This document shows, piece by piece, positions 1-14,281 of a DNA stretch of 64,000 nucleotides. A program made the translations under genes and the position numbers. Source of the DNA: Octopus vulgaris. Its lineage: Eukaryota. The notes beneath the pieces were generated by a model. It was not told the origin of the DNA. It saw nothing but the letters and a program-made list of their open reading frames with translations, and made no database searches. Where the stretch lies: assembly GCA_951406725.2 (NCBI GenBank), contig OX597814.1:15748001-15812000 (forward strand), in the 5' to 3' direction. Within the stretch, counting starts at the first letter, position 1; every line of letters starts with the position of its first letter.

Positions 1-167
1 TGAGGTACCAAGTCAGTCCGGTTTGGTCCACACAGTGCGAAGTAAGGTGAATAAAAAGCAAGTAAGTAACAAGGATGTCTATTTGCTGTTTATATTTATA
101 TATCGTAAGGAAGATAAAATTGCACAACTTTGCTAAAAAAGTTATATTCCTAATATACATACATACA

Positions 168-222
<55 letters not shown>

Positions 223-1807
223 CAAATAACAAAGCAAATATTTTCATATTTAGTTCATCGCAATCCTTGAGCTACTCAACGGGAAGCAGGGGTCTTTATT
301 TGAAGCACCTTTTAAAAGAAGTTACAGTTTACCGCACTCGTCTTTATAAGGAAACACGTTATTCACAGATATTAATAATCAAACTTTAAGCACGGTTCAT
401 ATTTCTTAATAGATTGCTTAATCTTGCCGATCCACTGTTGCTCTGTAATTGACTTTGAATATTATAAATTAGAAATATTTAAAAATTTAGCTAGGTTCCT
501 GCTCGTATTGCTACAGGTCAATTTGACAAAATTTTTCTGATGTCTTCAGAACTGATTTGCTCTCTGTGTCCTGTCAGTCATTTACTCAATGACAATTCGG
601 TTTGTCAGATGTAATTTTCCAGAAACAAGTTATTGTATAAATTAAATTTTGAGAGGTGCAAGTAAAACGTTTTTTTACTTTAAATATTTAATCCTCCTAA
701 AACTTGAACATAGTTCAATCAAATAGATGTATGTAGTTTAATTTAGTTTTTCACATTTTACAATCATGTTTATTAACTTTGTGTTGTATGTGTATATTTT
801 TATGCCAAAAGTTGACTTTTGCATTTGGTGTTTTGTCTATTTTTTGGAAGCGCTTTCCTATCCGATTTCCGCAAAAAATAGGTCAGTAAAGATATAGTCA
901 AATAGACACATAAGATACCTTTCTGGCAAATTTTGTCTTCGTTTTTCATTTTATTCTTCTTATATCGTGAATATCAACACGTTTTGCTCGTTTTATTCTA
1001 TTTATAGTTAAACTTAGTAGAATATCTCGTAGTGGAAATATTTTTCATTTTTGTGGGTTTCGATACCAATGTCTAAATTCTTTTTGCTAGGTTGAATAGA
1101 TTGTCCCTTCTTGTATGCTTAGGATTACGAAATGTGAAGAAAAGATATTGCTTTTAATCTGTGGGCTTACACTAGAAAAATATTTTTATCTTCTCACCTA
1201 CTTTCGTAATTAAAATTTGTAAAAAGAGTAGCCCCTTCCCGTTGAAATCCACCGAGAATATAATGCTATGATTTATGCGTTTTTCAGGATTATTCTGCCT
1301 TTAAATAAAACAGTCATCTAGATATCGTTTTCAGTTGATGCCAATGTGTAAAATTTGTGAAACGTGTTTCCAAATATTAATAAAGATTTATCACAAATTT
1401 TATTCTCATAGTACACATCACTAAATTGGTGTAAATAGGAGCTGCAGCCATGTTCATTGCAGTTCCTAGTATTTATCATAATTCTTTGTGGTTGTTTTCG
1501 TTTTCATATTAATTATTATTTTTTAACATTTAAGTGCAATTTCTTTATATTCAATAATACCGTATCATTGAAAACAACAGTATTACCTTTATTGTATCCT
1601 TTAATTGTAATCCCAATGTCTTTTTTAAATCGTTTAAATTTTCTATTCTTCTTTTGATAAATTCGATATTATAGTCTAATTTTCAATTATTTTAATACAC
1701 AAATTCATAATATATTCACAATAAATGCCAAGTTATTTATTCCTTCTTTCCATTAGGTACAAAATAAGTCTTCATTTCTAGCTGGTTAGAACTTTGAGCA
1801 GTAAACT

Positions 1808-2016
1808 CTCTTTACTCTTTTACTCTTTTACTTGTTTCAGTCATTTGACTGCGGCCATGCTGGAGCACCGCCTTTAGTCGAGCAAATCGACCCCGGGACT
1901 TATTCTTTGTAAGCCCAGTACTTATTCTATCGGTCTCTTTTTGCCGAACCGCTAAGTGACGGGGACGTAAACACACCAGCATCGGTTGTCAAGCAATGCT
2001 AGGGGGACAAACACAG

Positions 2017-2065
<49 letters not shown>

Positions 2066-2232
2066 TACGACAGGCTTCTTTCAGTTTCCGTCTACCAAAT
2101 CCACTCACAAGGCATTGGTCGGCCCGGGGCTATAGCAGAAGACACTTGCCCAAGATGCCACGCAGTGGGACTGAACCCGGAACCATGTGGTTGGTTAGCA
2201 AGCTACTTACCACACAGCCACTCCTGCGCCTA
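1808..2232 (-). mobile_element. tRNA-headed SINE family A (~430 bp, internal TA/CA microsatellite). Other copies at ~3660-4100(-), 12700-12990(+), 22640-22880(+, truncated), 27160-27380(-), 34463-34812(-), 52255-52645(-), 61490-61895(+), 61957-62368(+)
   Basis: Head GGCGYAGGAGTGGCTGTGTGGTAAG...GGTTCAGTCCC (A/B-box-like) and tail AAACAAGTAAAAGAGTAAAAGAG recur in many near-identical copies in the window. Confidence 0.85.
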
Positions 2233-2792
2233 TGCCACTCCTGCGCCTATGCCACTCCTGCGCCTATGAAGTTATCTTTTTGTTTGTGGCAAGTTAAATT
2301 TTTAGGGTCTAAGTATAAACCTCAGCTCCTTGCTTAATATGTTAATTTGAATATCAGTTAATATTTCTTTGATAAATTAATAACGTTTCGTTTCTTTTGT
2401 CCAGTCGCAATCTTATGTTTTATTAACAGTGAATTCGATTTAAAATCGATTGCTGTAATTACTTCTTCTTCGGTCATATTTTGCTTAGATTGTTCTTCTG
2501 TTTTGAATTAATCTATCGAATTTGTCTCCAGATGTGTCCCAAGCATAGGTATTTTCTAAATTCTCAATAGTTTCTGGTACGGCTGTTTATTCTACTTTTT
2601 TTTTTTTTCTAAATCTTCTGGGACTTCTGCCACGTAACTGTTCCTAGTATATTCTGAGAGATTTAATTCATTACAAAAAATAGTTGCTTGTGTTATAACT
2701 TCTGAACTTAGCATTTTGAGATTATTACACTTTAGCGTGTTAAATTTATTCCTGAGTTTCGTACAACGTCTGCATAAGTTTCTGCTTCGTTT

Positions 2793-2826
<34 letters not shown>

Positions 2827-3137
2827 TGTATGTATGTATGTATGTATGTATGTATATATATAAATGAACACCTCAAGATGTATCCCTTCAAACTCCTCTT
2901 CATAATGTAGGAAACAGTGTTCACTCTTCCCCTTTCTTGGAATGATATAAATTTTGCTTTTCACAGTCTTTTTTTCAAGATTATCAAAAACGTTAGTTTT
3001 TAATTCTTTTTCCCCACCGAATGTTCTTTTCATAAGTTGAATAGTGCCACGCTTGTTAAACAGAATTTTTACTTTCACATTCAGATTGTAGAGAGACATA
3101 TGTTCTAGATCATAAACTGACTTCTGAGCCCCCCACC

Positions 3138-3465
3138 CTTCGGTCATGACTAACCATGGGATTGCACCTAGAAAGTTACCCTCCCAGGCACAAGTCCGGG
3201 AAAGGTTGTGTATGGAAGACCAGCAGTCACCCACGCATACCGGCTTCTCCTCTCCACGCCACAAGTGTTATCCAAGGGGAAGGCAAAAGCCGATACAGCT
3301 TGGCACCTGTGACGTGGCAACTCATTTCTACAGCTGAGTGAACTGGAGCAACGTCGAATAAAGTGTCTTGCTCAAGAACACAACATGCAGCCCGGTCCAG
3401 GATTCGAGCTCACAATCTCACGATCGTAAGCTCGACGCTCTAACCACTGAGCCATGCGTCTTCAC
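3138..3465 (-). mobile_element. tRNA-derived SINE family C (second copy ~60905-61240, -)
   Basis: Minus-strand head TGGCTCAGTGGTTAGAGCG...GCTCGAATCC; the two copies are highly similar. Confidence 0.8.
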
Positions 3466-4146
3466 AAGATCATCAGTTATTGCTTTGATTTTGCAGTTAT
3501 GAGGTAAAATCATTGGAGGGAAGTTCAACTAGTTCTCCTATATGCTGAATGCCGGCTTTCTAATATCTGATTTCATTCACCCAAAGCCAAATATCAAAAC
3601 AAACTTTGCCGATGTTCCACATACTGATACCGACCTCAAAAACAAACATAGTTTTTATTCTTTTATTCTTCTATTTGTTTCAGTCCTTTGACTGCGGCCG
3701 TGCTGGAGCACCGCATTTAGTCGAGCAAATCGACCCCAGAACTTATTCTTTGTAAGCCTAGTACTTATTCTATCGGTCTCTCTTGCCGAACCGCTAAGTT
3801 ACGGGGGTGTGAACACACCAACATCGGTTGTCAAGTGATGTTGGCGGGGGGACAAACATAGACACACAAACATATACATACATACACATACACCCACACA
3901 CACACATAAATATATATATTTAAATATAAATATATACGACGGGCTTCTTTCAGTTTCCGTCTACTAAATCCACTCAGAAGGCTTTGGTCGTCCCGAGGCT
4001 ACAGTAGAAGACACTTGCCCAAGGTGCCACGCAGTGGAACTGAACCCGGAACCATGTGGTTGGTAAACAAGCTACTTACCACGCAGTCCCTCTTACGCCT
4101 ATAGTTGCGAATTAAACTTCCAAACAACGCACGTTTTTATCTTCAT

Positions 4147-4410
4147 CTCTCTCTCTCTCTCTCTCTCTGTCAGACACAAACACACGCACATATACACATA
4201 CATAAACATACATACATGCATGCATGCATACATACATACATACATACATACATACATGCATACATACATACATGCATACATGCATACATACATACATACA
4301 TACATACATACATACATACATACATACATACATGCATGCATACATGCATGCATACATACATACATACATACATACATACATACATACATACATACATACA
4401 TACATACATA
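4147..4410. repeat. Compound microsatellite (CT)n/(CATA)n/(CATG)
   Basis: Directly visible; source of the HTYI/MYVC pseudo-ORFs. Confidence 0.95.
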
Positions 4411-6086
4411 ACTTGGTTGTTGGATTAGAAAATATGGGAATTCCAATATAAGTAATGCACATACTACGCAAAATATAGGTTATTTCAATTTATTCCATAG
4501 TTCTCTCTTACAAGACTAGTACTGTTGCATTTCAAGGGAATTCCTCAATTACAAATAAATTACCCGTCAATACTGCAACGGTAGTCCGTAGGATGTTCTT
4601 ACGAAATCAGTGTATATATGTATATACATGTATATATATATACATAATAAAAGCACACACTTACATACATACATACACATATTGATATATGTATGTATAT
4701 ATCTATATATACAACATAGATATGTAAATAAGTGTGTGTGTGTGTGTGTTAACATTGAGGTCAATTCAAGGCGTTTATTAATAGATTAAATTGTGTAGAT
4801 ATATGTTAGCGTCTTACGTGTGTAAATACGCGCTTGCAGGGATGTATCTGTGTATCAACCTTTCTTTCTATATGAGTGTATATATGGTTATGGTTAGGCT
4901 AGTATATAAGCTAGTATATTTGTGTGCGCGCGTATGTATAATAATGTTATCCGGATTTAATGGTCTGATGGTATATATTTTTGGCAATAAGTGTACGAAA
5001 TCATAACTTTTTCGGTTGTCGGAAACTTATGTTCTCTGTAGGAGATATAACTTCAAAATTATTTTTTGACATGGTTAAATATATTTTCTTACATAGAATT
5101 AAATATTTCCTTTGCTCTGTCTTTATAGTTACATAGATTTTAATAAATATTGTGTTTCACTAGGCATAATGCCACCGATTTACATGGAAAGGTAATCAGG
5201 AAATTGTTATATTCAAACCATTTCTAAAGAGAGATGAAGTAACTACATCAGAATTAAAACCGGATAGTGTACTTAGTTTTGTTCGATCTTACGGCCATCT
5301 TGTGGCGAGGGTGTTAGGGGTAGTGATTGTAACTGTGATGGTAGCAGTGATAGTGTTGGTGGTGGTGGTAATGTGGCTGCTGCTGATAGTGGTGATGATG
5401 GTGATGGTGTAGTGGAGGTGATGGTGATAGAGGTGCCGATGGTGGTGGTGGTGGTGGTGATGATAGAGGTGCCGATGGCGGTGGTGGTGGTGGTGGTGGC
5501 ACTGTTGCTAAACTTAGCCGTATATCACTTCTGAAAATAGAATTTTATTTTTACTCTTATACTGGAAAAAAAAAAGTCGAAGTCCCCAACTCTTTTCAAT
5601 GCCTCGCAGATCGAATGGAGAAAGTAAACAGCCTCAAAGCAAGTACTTGGCTCAAATGTTTGTAAAAGCAGGATCTCCTCTGCTAAAGACACCCACAGCA
5701 CAAGTGATAATGTCAAACCAGCTGACGGATTAAGTCCACCACACAAGTTCGCCACGCCTGGATTTGAACTCAATGTGTCGAAACAAATACCATAAGGAAT
5801 CCTGCTCGACTAGCTAAGAATTCGACCAGTCACATTCCTAGACTGGTTCTTTATTATTGACTCGGAGAGCGTGAATGGCAAAGTTGAAATCGGTTGATCT
5901 TGAACTCAGAACGCAAGGGACCGAATATATACCGCAAGGCATCTCATCTAATGCTCTGGCAACTCTGCCAATTCGCCATACACAAAGCAGAATGATTATA
6001 GAATAACCGGGAGAGAGCGATGATTATTCTGGGTTTTTTTCTTCTTTTTGGGGGTGGGTGGGTGGGATGGGATTCACAACGTAGTG

Positions 6087-7248
6087 TACTAGGGTTGGCT
6101 GTAAAGTTCATAGACTGCACATGATACTCTCATGGAACGTGACCAAATGTGGTTTACTTCTCAACGTACCCACCCCCACTTGCGGTCCACACGATTCTTC
6201 CATCAGTGTTGCAGTGCTTGGATCCCACTGGGGAAGAAGCAGTTATCCTGTTTTGGTCAAAAAAAGTTACCAACAACAGATACGACATTATCAGCGCTGC
6301 CCCACAGCAGCCATTTAAACCAACGACTTGTATGCTGGAGCATTGTCCCGATGAAACAAGATCTCTTTCGTCAGTTTCGCTGAGCGTTTCTTCTGATGAG
6401 CTTTCATAACTGCTTCAGCATTGATAGTATGGCCCTTTTGAAGATAGTCTATGAACACAATGCCTTTTTCATTCTCCAAAAAATGACGCCATCACATTTC
6501 CTGCAGATGAAACAACATTGGCCTTCTTTGGAGCAAGTGAGGAGAGGTGTTTCCGCTGCATGGATTGTCTCTTTGTCTCAGCTCAAAGTGATGGACCCAG
6601 CATGAATGCTGGGTTAGGAAACGTTCATGGAAACCAACTGGATCTTCCTCAAACAATGTCGGATTTCCTCGTGATGTGTTCAACTTAGTGCGCATTTGAT
6701 CAGGTATTGGAAGATACGGCACCCACCGAGCAGAAACTTTCATCATGTCAAGGTCATTACGCAGAATATTCTCAACCCTCTCACGGGATATGCTAATAGC
6801 ATCAGCAATTTGGTTTATAATCAGTCGCCTATCAGCCATCACGGCGTGCTGAACGCAATCAATGTTTTCATTGGAAGGGAAGCGGCAATTGCAAGCCATC
6901 CATATCTTGGGTCCTTTTGCCCTACTAAATTCAGCTGCCCACTTTTGCGCTGTTGATGAAGCTAAATGTCATCCCTTAATGTAGCAACCATGTCTGCATA
7001 AATGTTCTTGGACATTAAACCCATTTTTCTGCAGGTACTTGATAACATTACGTTGCTAAATTTTATTTATGTTTAAGAGTAGTCGTTACTAGTAAACTTT
7101 CGAAGTCTGCTTTGAACAGTGAGATGTCAATTTACTTGGAAAGAAACAATGCAGTTATTCATAAGATTTGAAAACAATGCATGCAAGATTACACAGCTCT
7201 GGCATCACTCCTTCATAGCCAGCCTATGAACTTTTCGGTCCACCTCCA
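6087..7248 (-). mobile_element. Decayed mariner (Tc1/mariner) DNA transposon
   Basis: ORF 6492-6899 contains ISRERVENILRNDLDMMKVSARWVP...ERFLTQHSCWVHHFE (mariner HTH/WVP/first DDD region). Degenerate TIRs are TAGGGTTGGCTGTAAAGTTCATAGACT (~6090) and AGCCTATGAACTTTTCGGTCCACCTCCA (~7221-7248). Confidence 0.85.
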
Positions 7249-7988
7249 TTTCTAGGAGTAAATTTTCCAATGAATCATTTTTAAGAGAATATGATGTCTT
7301 AATGAGGGAGATTTAACTGCTCTTTCTAATGTACTGCCTACAACATATGCTCGGTCCTGTGATGCTCGTTATTGTTTGTAAGATACGCATTCGAAACCAC
7401 AGTAAATGGATAGCAGTTGTTTTCGACAATGAATTTCAGCTATTAACTCAATTGAATTCATTGAAATAGCACGAAAGTGATTGAGTATTCTTTTCTATTC
7501 TAGGCACAAGGCCCGAAATTTGTGGGGGCCAGTCGATTAGATCGACCTCAGTAAACAACTGGTTCTTAATTTATCGACCCCGAAAGGATGGAAGGCAAAG
7601 TCGACCTCGGCGGAACTTGAACTCAGAGCATAAAGACAGAAGAAATACTGCTAAGCATTTCGGCCGGCGTGCTGACGATTCTGCCAGATCACTGCCTTAA
7701 GTAATTGAGTATTCGACATACACGTGAATCTGCCTGAAAATTATACTTTGTATAATTCTCAGGCAGATTCACTGGGAAAGGCTTAACCTTCAAATTTCTG
7801 GTACAATCTATCCGATAGGCTTCTACGTAGTTTCCGTCCACCCAGTTTTATTCAAAAGCCATGAGTCAAACTGAATTTAAGATAAAACACTCTTGCCTGA
7901 GACGCTGTGCGGTAGAATTGATCCAGGATTTTGTGAATGTGAAGCAGACTGCAGTCCGCTAAAGAGGAACGATATTCAAGGGGGACAA

Positions 7989-8219
7989 GGCGGTGAGCTG
8001 GCAGAAAACTTAGCACGCCGGGCGAAATGCGTAGCCGTATTTCGTCTGCCGTTACGTTCTGAGTTCAAATTCCGCCGAGGTCGACTTTGTCTTTCATCCT
8101 TTCGGGGTCGATAAATTAAGTAACAGTTACGCACTGGGATCGATCTAATCGACTTAATCCGTTTGTCTGTCCTTGTTTGTCCCCTCTGTGTTTAGCCCCT
8201 TGTGGGTAGTAAAGAAATA
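7989..8219 (+). mobile_element. SINE family B monomer with 18-bp TSD. Other copies at ~7490-7700(-), 12028-12240, 17535-17762, 24150-24362, 35875-36100, 40185-40412, 60110-60410(-)
   Basis: Head GGCGGTGAGCTGGCAGAA...GTTCAAATTCC, conserved central GGTCGACTTTGYCTTTCATCCTTTCGGGGTCGATAAATTAAGTA; TSD GATATTCAAGGGGGACAA on both sides. Confidence 0.9.
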
Positions 8220-8732
8220 GATATTCAAGGGGGACAAAAATCTGTGGAGAAATGTGTTTTCTAGTAGAAGATTAACCACGGGGTATTAGACTGGAGATGT
8301 AGAATCACCATTATATTTTTCTGCTTTTTTTTTCTGATGAGAGGCCCAACGTTAATTTTCTGGCCCCACAACAAACATTTTGTACTTACTTTGCCGATGG
8401 ACACCATAAAGATTTTCCCTCAAATTTTATTGTTTAACTTTTACATGTAGTTGCGTTTAGCATGGAAAACTGAATAATTTAGAATTCTTAAAATGATATG
8501 TAACTATGAAACCTCAAGTGTATTACGGAAGGTAATGATATCGAAAGTTTTAGGCCTTCAGCAAGAGTGGGTGTGATACATTTTATTTAATTTGTACAAT
8601 GTCACAAGAATATATGCTGAAACAATATATGTACATATATATATATATATATACGCGCGCACACACACATGCGCGCACACGCACACATATGCTCACACAT
8701 ACACTCACACACACATACATACATACATACAT

Positions 8733-8802
<70 letters not shown>

Positions 8803-10109
8803 GTAAACGGCAATTAAAGCATTCACAAAAATATAAGCTCGTGAGACAAATTAAAGTAAAATATTTAAAGACAGTTGAAAGAAACAATTATTGGCACTAT
8901 AATGGGGCTATTTTAAAGTACCTGATAATTGGAACAGACAGTAGCCAATTTTATGTCCGTTTAAAACAATTGTCCCAGTCTGTTCTTGAATACCAGTTAA
9001 TAAATATTCTCGGATACTTAGAAAATCATCCGATATCTCATGCTGGAATCGTTTTTAAAGAAAATTTATTACAATTCTCTCTAGATTTATGTGTGAAAAA
9101 TTATGTCTAATATATTTAAACATTAGTGAAATTTAATGGCTAAAATTAAGCTATGGAATGTGGATCCGGCTCACTGAATGACTCCATACTCTAAGGTACT
9201 TGAATTAATCAATACCGGCTTATTGATATCCAAGAAAGTGACAAGTATTCGTGATCTTCACATAAATGATAAAATTTCCTATTCCTCTTGGTTGAATTTC
9301 TATCGTTTTAGATTGTTAATGTTCTCCTTAAATCTCTATGGTAAAATTTCAAAGGTACATAGAAAAATTTCTATTAAATAATCTTTATTTATTCTTACTT
9401 AAAGAATTGTCTTATTTATATTGTTTAAAAAGATTGATAAAAATAAACAGTAAATAATAAGCTCCATCCGCATTCCCATTTTCTTGAGGCAATTTCCAAT
9501 TCGCTTCCAAGGAAGATAAAAATTAAATACGTTTCTTAAGCAAAAACACTGTCATTTTGAAGTGATTAAGCCTACTGACTAGAAGAGAGATATGAGAACA
9601 GTGACGAAAAAACAAGATAAAAGAAATGCTCTTTCTAAGAACATGAGCTACTCAAGTAAAGCGTAATCATAACCGGAACACGAACTTGACTGGAAAGATA
9701 CAGAAATTTTATGAATATGTGGCGTATTTAAAGAAATTAATTCCCACGAGAAATTGAGAAATGAATAAGGCACCGTAGAAACAAAGACAATAAAATGTAC
9801 TTTAAGCCTGTTTCGGTTAACCGAATTGATAACGTGTTGCAGATGAGTTGATGGTTCGGATTCCAGCACTGTTCCTTCTCTTTAGCAAAGACACTTTACT
9901 TATATCTAGTAAATTGGCGGTTATTGTTCATACGAATGGCGTGTCTTAAAAAATAATATCTGTCCATCAGTTATGATAAATTTTACGTTGACTCGAATAT
10001 ATTGTATATCGAGGTAGCGATTCTCTTGTCTCTAATCTAACAAGTACAGAGTAGACTATTTCACCGAAGAAGATTAACAAGATCGAATCGTATCAGGAAT
10101 TTTCGTCCC

Positions 10110-10415
10110 TACTTGCCTAGAAAGAGCTGTTCTTCACTCCTGCTCCAGAGCGTCGGCTGCGGGGTCATTCCGAAAAGCTCTACCTGCGACGATTTCATCT
10201 CAATCGAAGGAGAGGAGCTTTCTCCGTCCGGGTTGCGGATCCGTGGAACAAGCTGCCAGACGAGATGGTGAAGATGCCGACAACCGCTTTGTTCAAAGCC
10301 TCCCTTGACCTCAAGTGGCCTGAACTCTTTACATGAACACCACCCTGTACTTAACTCCATGTCCCCCTACATGGCCTTGCTATTTGCTTTTGAGCCAAAT
10401 TAATTAACTAACTAA
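10110..10415 (+). mobile_element. CR1-type LINE 3' fragment
   Basis: Near-identical to the 3' part of the CR1-like fragment at 57320-57890; encodes LRGHSEKLYLRRFHLNRRRGAFSVRVADPWNKLP. Confidence 0.75.
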
Positions 10416-11315
10416 GATCATATTAATGTAATCGTCATTGAATTAATGCTTTCTTTCCAATGCATATTAATAAATTGGATTTTTAAAAAAATCACTAATT
10501 ACATTTTTACCTGACTATATTATAGGTGTTTATTAGCTTGGACGATAAAGGGAATTTCTTTCATTGCTTTCTCTCAATAACCTAGTATTCCGCTAAAATC
10601 GACAGCATCTCTTGAATTTCAAATTCTATAGAACACTTTTAATGATATAAAACTTTATAGAAACAATGACCATGGCCATGTATTCAAGAAGTTCCCTTTG
10701 CAGCTACGTAGCTTCGAGCTCCATCGTACAGCGTGTTACCTTAGGCAATTGCTTTTATTATAACCTCAGACCAGACCAAATATTGCGAATGTAATTAGAT
10801 AGGATAAAGGAGGCCATCGGAGGAAATATAGTTGAATAAATTCGTCGCTCGATTTTCAACCTGGGTTATGGGTTTCTTTAAAGAAATCTACTATGTTGTA
10901 AGAGTTTGAACCAGTTCTTCGGTCTGACGACTTCAAGACCATGTCGCTTTCACCTGCACCGGTGTCGGAGATCTTCGAAATGTCCAAAAAGATATTGAAC
11001 AACTGGCACCGAAAATTAACTGCACCTATACTATACGCAATATCTAGAATGCACCTTATCTTTCTCTACTAATCAATAACAGATTCATCTCCTTCTTCCG
11101 TTCTTTTTTTTTCCTATAACACAGTACTTTCGATACATTAGTGGTAATCAACAATCAATATATACATTCAATAAGTTTGTTTTCTTTTATTTACGTTGTT
11201 CTTGTAACTGTTGTCTTACTGCAGACTTGGACCTGATCGAGCAAATATATGATTAAAATACTACCATTCCATTTTTTTAAAGAATTTATTCATTTATCTA
11301 TCTATTTATTTATTC

Positions 11316-11393
<78 letters not shown>

Positions 11394-11399
11394 CATTAT

Positions 11400-11544
11400 C
11401 ATTCAGTAGTTTTATTTTTATAGCGTGCTTTCACTTCACTACCGAGCGCAGCTCTGTGTGCCTTGGGTATGTGCTGTGATTTGTTGTGATGTTCTGATGG
11501 TTATTGTATGGAAAGTGTTCTGCGTAGGATGTGTGCAGTGCCTA

Positions 11545-11545
<1 letters not shown>
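11400..11545 (-). mobile_element. Short 3' end of an R4/Dong-like (restriction-like endonuclease) non-LTR retrotransposon inside (TAA)n
   Basis: Minus strand reads LGTAHILRRTLSIQ* followed by a short 3' UTR; flanked by (TAA)n on both sides. Confidence 0.65.
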
Positions 11546-11620
<75 letters not shown>

Positions 11621-11649
11621 TTATCATCATCATCATCATCATCATTATT

Positions 11650-11945
11650 ATTTTGGTTTGGCTCAAGTTCGGTCTTATTCCTGATAGGATTTATGTGGGT
11701 AGCGAACTACTATCTGAAACAGGTATTCTCAAGTTTTCAGTAGTCCTTTCAAATGCTTAGAAATTTCCTGGTAATCCTTGCTGTACCTAAGAGACAAAAT
11801 TTCTGTAGGAACTCTACCGGGAATTCTATTCCAATCTCATTCAGTCATTTGGCTATACCTTTACTTACTGTTCCCAAAGCACCAATTATTATAGATACTA
11901 CCTTTACTGTTCGCATGCTCCAAATTCTTCCAGTTTCAAATGGTA
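11650..11945 (-). mobile_element. R4/Dong-like non-LTR retrotransposon 3' fragment (REL endonuclease C-terminus)
   Basis: Minus strand reads FETGRIWSMRTVKVVSIIIGALGTVSKGIAK*LNEIGIEFPVEFLQKFCLLGTARITRKFLSI*; flanked by (TAA)n arrays. Confidence 0.75.
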
Positions 11946-12005
<60 letters not shown>

Positions 12006-12247
12006 TTATTATTATATTTATTATTAAGGCGGCGAGCTAGCAGAATCGTTAGCACGCTGGACGAAATGCATAGCGGTATTTCGCCCGTCGCTACGTTCTG
12101 AGTTCAAATTCTGCCGAGGTCGACTTTACCTTTCATCCTTTCGGGAGTCGATAAATTAATTACCAGGCAAGTACTGGGATTGATGTGGTCGACTAGTTCC
12201 TTCACCAAAAATGTCAGGCCTTTTGCCTATAGAAGGAAAGATTATTA

Positions 12248-12311
<64 letters not shown>

Positions 12312-12385
12312 CGTCGTCGTCGTATCATCATCATCATCATCACCATCATGATCTTCATCATCATTATTATTACTATTATTATTAT

Positions 12386-12441
<56 letters not shown>

Positions 12442-12872
12442 TTTACTATTATTATTATTAGGAACGCGGCGAACAGAGAAAATCATTGGCGCCAGCATTT
12501 ATTTCGCCGCTTACCGAGATTTCTTTCGGCACTTATCGTTCTCAGATAACATCCCACCGAGGTTAACTTTGCCTTTCATTCTTTCGCAATCCATAAAAAT
12601 AAAATACCAGTGAAGTACTGGTGTCGATGTAATCGACTCAGCCTCTCTCTCTCTAAGATTGTTGGCTCTGCGCCAGAATTTTAAATAATTATTAAAGAAG
12701 GCGTAGGAGTGGCTGTGTGGTAAGTAGCTTGCTTACGAACCACATGGGTCCAGGTTCAGTCCCACTGCGTGGCACCTTGGGCAAGTGTCTTCTACTATAG
12801 CCTCAGGCCGACCAAAGCCTTGTGAGTGGATTTGGTAGACGGAAACTAAAAGAAGCCCGTCGTATATATGTA

Positions 12873-12950
<78 letters not shown>

Positions 12951-13184
12951 TACATGTGTTTGTGTGTCTGAAACAAGTAAAAGAGTAAAGGAGAGCTATC
13001 AAAATTGTTAGCATGCCGAACAAAATGCTAAGCGGCATTTCTTCCGGTTTGTTTTTCTGAGTTCAAATGTCATCGAAGTCGACTATAAGTAGCAGTCGAG
13101 CAATGGAATCGATGTAAATGACAAGCTTTCTCTTGCAAAATTTCACAGCTTATGCCTGCAATAGAAAGGTTTATTATCATTATT

Positions 13185-14076
13185 ACAAGCAGTGTAGCCT
13201 GGCGTTGCTCGGGTTTGTTTTTTTAGTTGCGCTTAAAACAGCAGACTTTGATGTCACGTTTACAAAGTTTTGACATAGTTTCAATCTATGAATAAAAGTA
13301 TAGTGTGGCGATGCTCGAGTTTGCTCTGAATGTGCTGCAAATGTGTAATGCCGACTTCAATTCTTGGTATTGTTGGTTAGTATTCCTTCTATTAACAGTA
13401 TGGAGAAAAAATTACCCGTAGATTTAAAGCAAAACGAAGCTCAAATTTCGAAATGCACTGAAAATCTATTAAGAAGTTAACACTGCAACAGTATTCATTA
13501 AGAAAAAGTACAGGAAAATCCAAAACGTTAGTAAAAATAGTTTGTGGTTACAAAAAAAAAAAAAAAATGCTATTTTGAAGCCAAACGGGTGGGCAACATG
13601 GATCGTGGCTGTACCTGTAAAATGAATAATATTGGCTATTTTACATCACGTATAACTAAAAAAATCTGTAAAATCAAAACATATCCATTGAAGGTTTGAC
13701 TTGAACATCGTAGATAGTAACAGCGTGCGGATCGCACAAATTCTTTTCGACCCTTTTGAATCAAAATTTTTGAAAAGTAAAAATTTTGTATTATGGAGCT
13801 TGTTATTCTCTATACGTGAACATTTTTCTGGTTGAAATACACCGAAAAATGGCGACACAGCAGTCAAAAAATCGTAAAACAGGGATTTTCATAGAAAAAA
13901 GAAGCACCTTTTTGATGTAAATAATTTTTGGTCTTAACATGGTCCGATTTGAATGTTTTCTTCAACGGAATCAAGAGCAAGCCTTCTATCATACTCTCGG
14001 AGGGTCTCTGAGGGGATAGTGTTAGTTGAAGGCTACCAAACCTGCCACACACATACACACACAGACAACTTCAACT
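13185..14076 (-). mobile_element. Non-autonomous Helitron-like element (long variant)
   Basis: Shares its body and 3' end (AAACAAACCCGAGCAACGCCAGG) with the copy at 56275-56665. Confidence 0.6.
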
Positions 14077-14203
14077 AAGGTCAACTTCACCTTTTATTCT
14101 TTCGGATCCGATGAAATAAGCACCAGCTGAGCAACGAAGTTGATGTAATTATCTAGTCCATCTTCCTCACAATTTCAAGCCTTGCGCATTTAGTCTAACA
14201 AAC

Positions 14204-14281
<78 letters not shown>

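Larger units (their letters stand above)
385..3650 (-). mobile_element. Degenerate Penelope-like retroelement (RT C-terminal region + GIY-YIG endonuclease), interrupted by SINEs and microsatellites; boundaries approximate
   Basis: Minus-strand translation at ~555-665 gives FTCTSQNLIYTITC / ENYI*QTELSLSK*LTGHREQI (GIY-YIG with stops and a frameshift). At ~1060-1170 it gives KPTD*KQYLFFTFRNPKHTRRDNLFNLAKRI, and at ~1560-1620 ITIKGYNKGNTVVFND. All resemble Penelope ORF motifs. Confidence 0.7.

Noticed and set aside
5314-5502. Poly-Pro/His ORF
   Set aside because: (GGT/GAT)n trinucleotide repeat with no splice or coding support.
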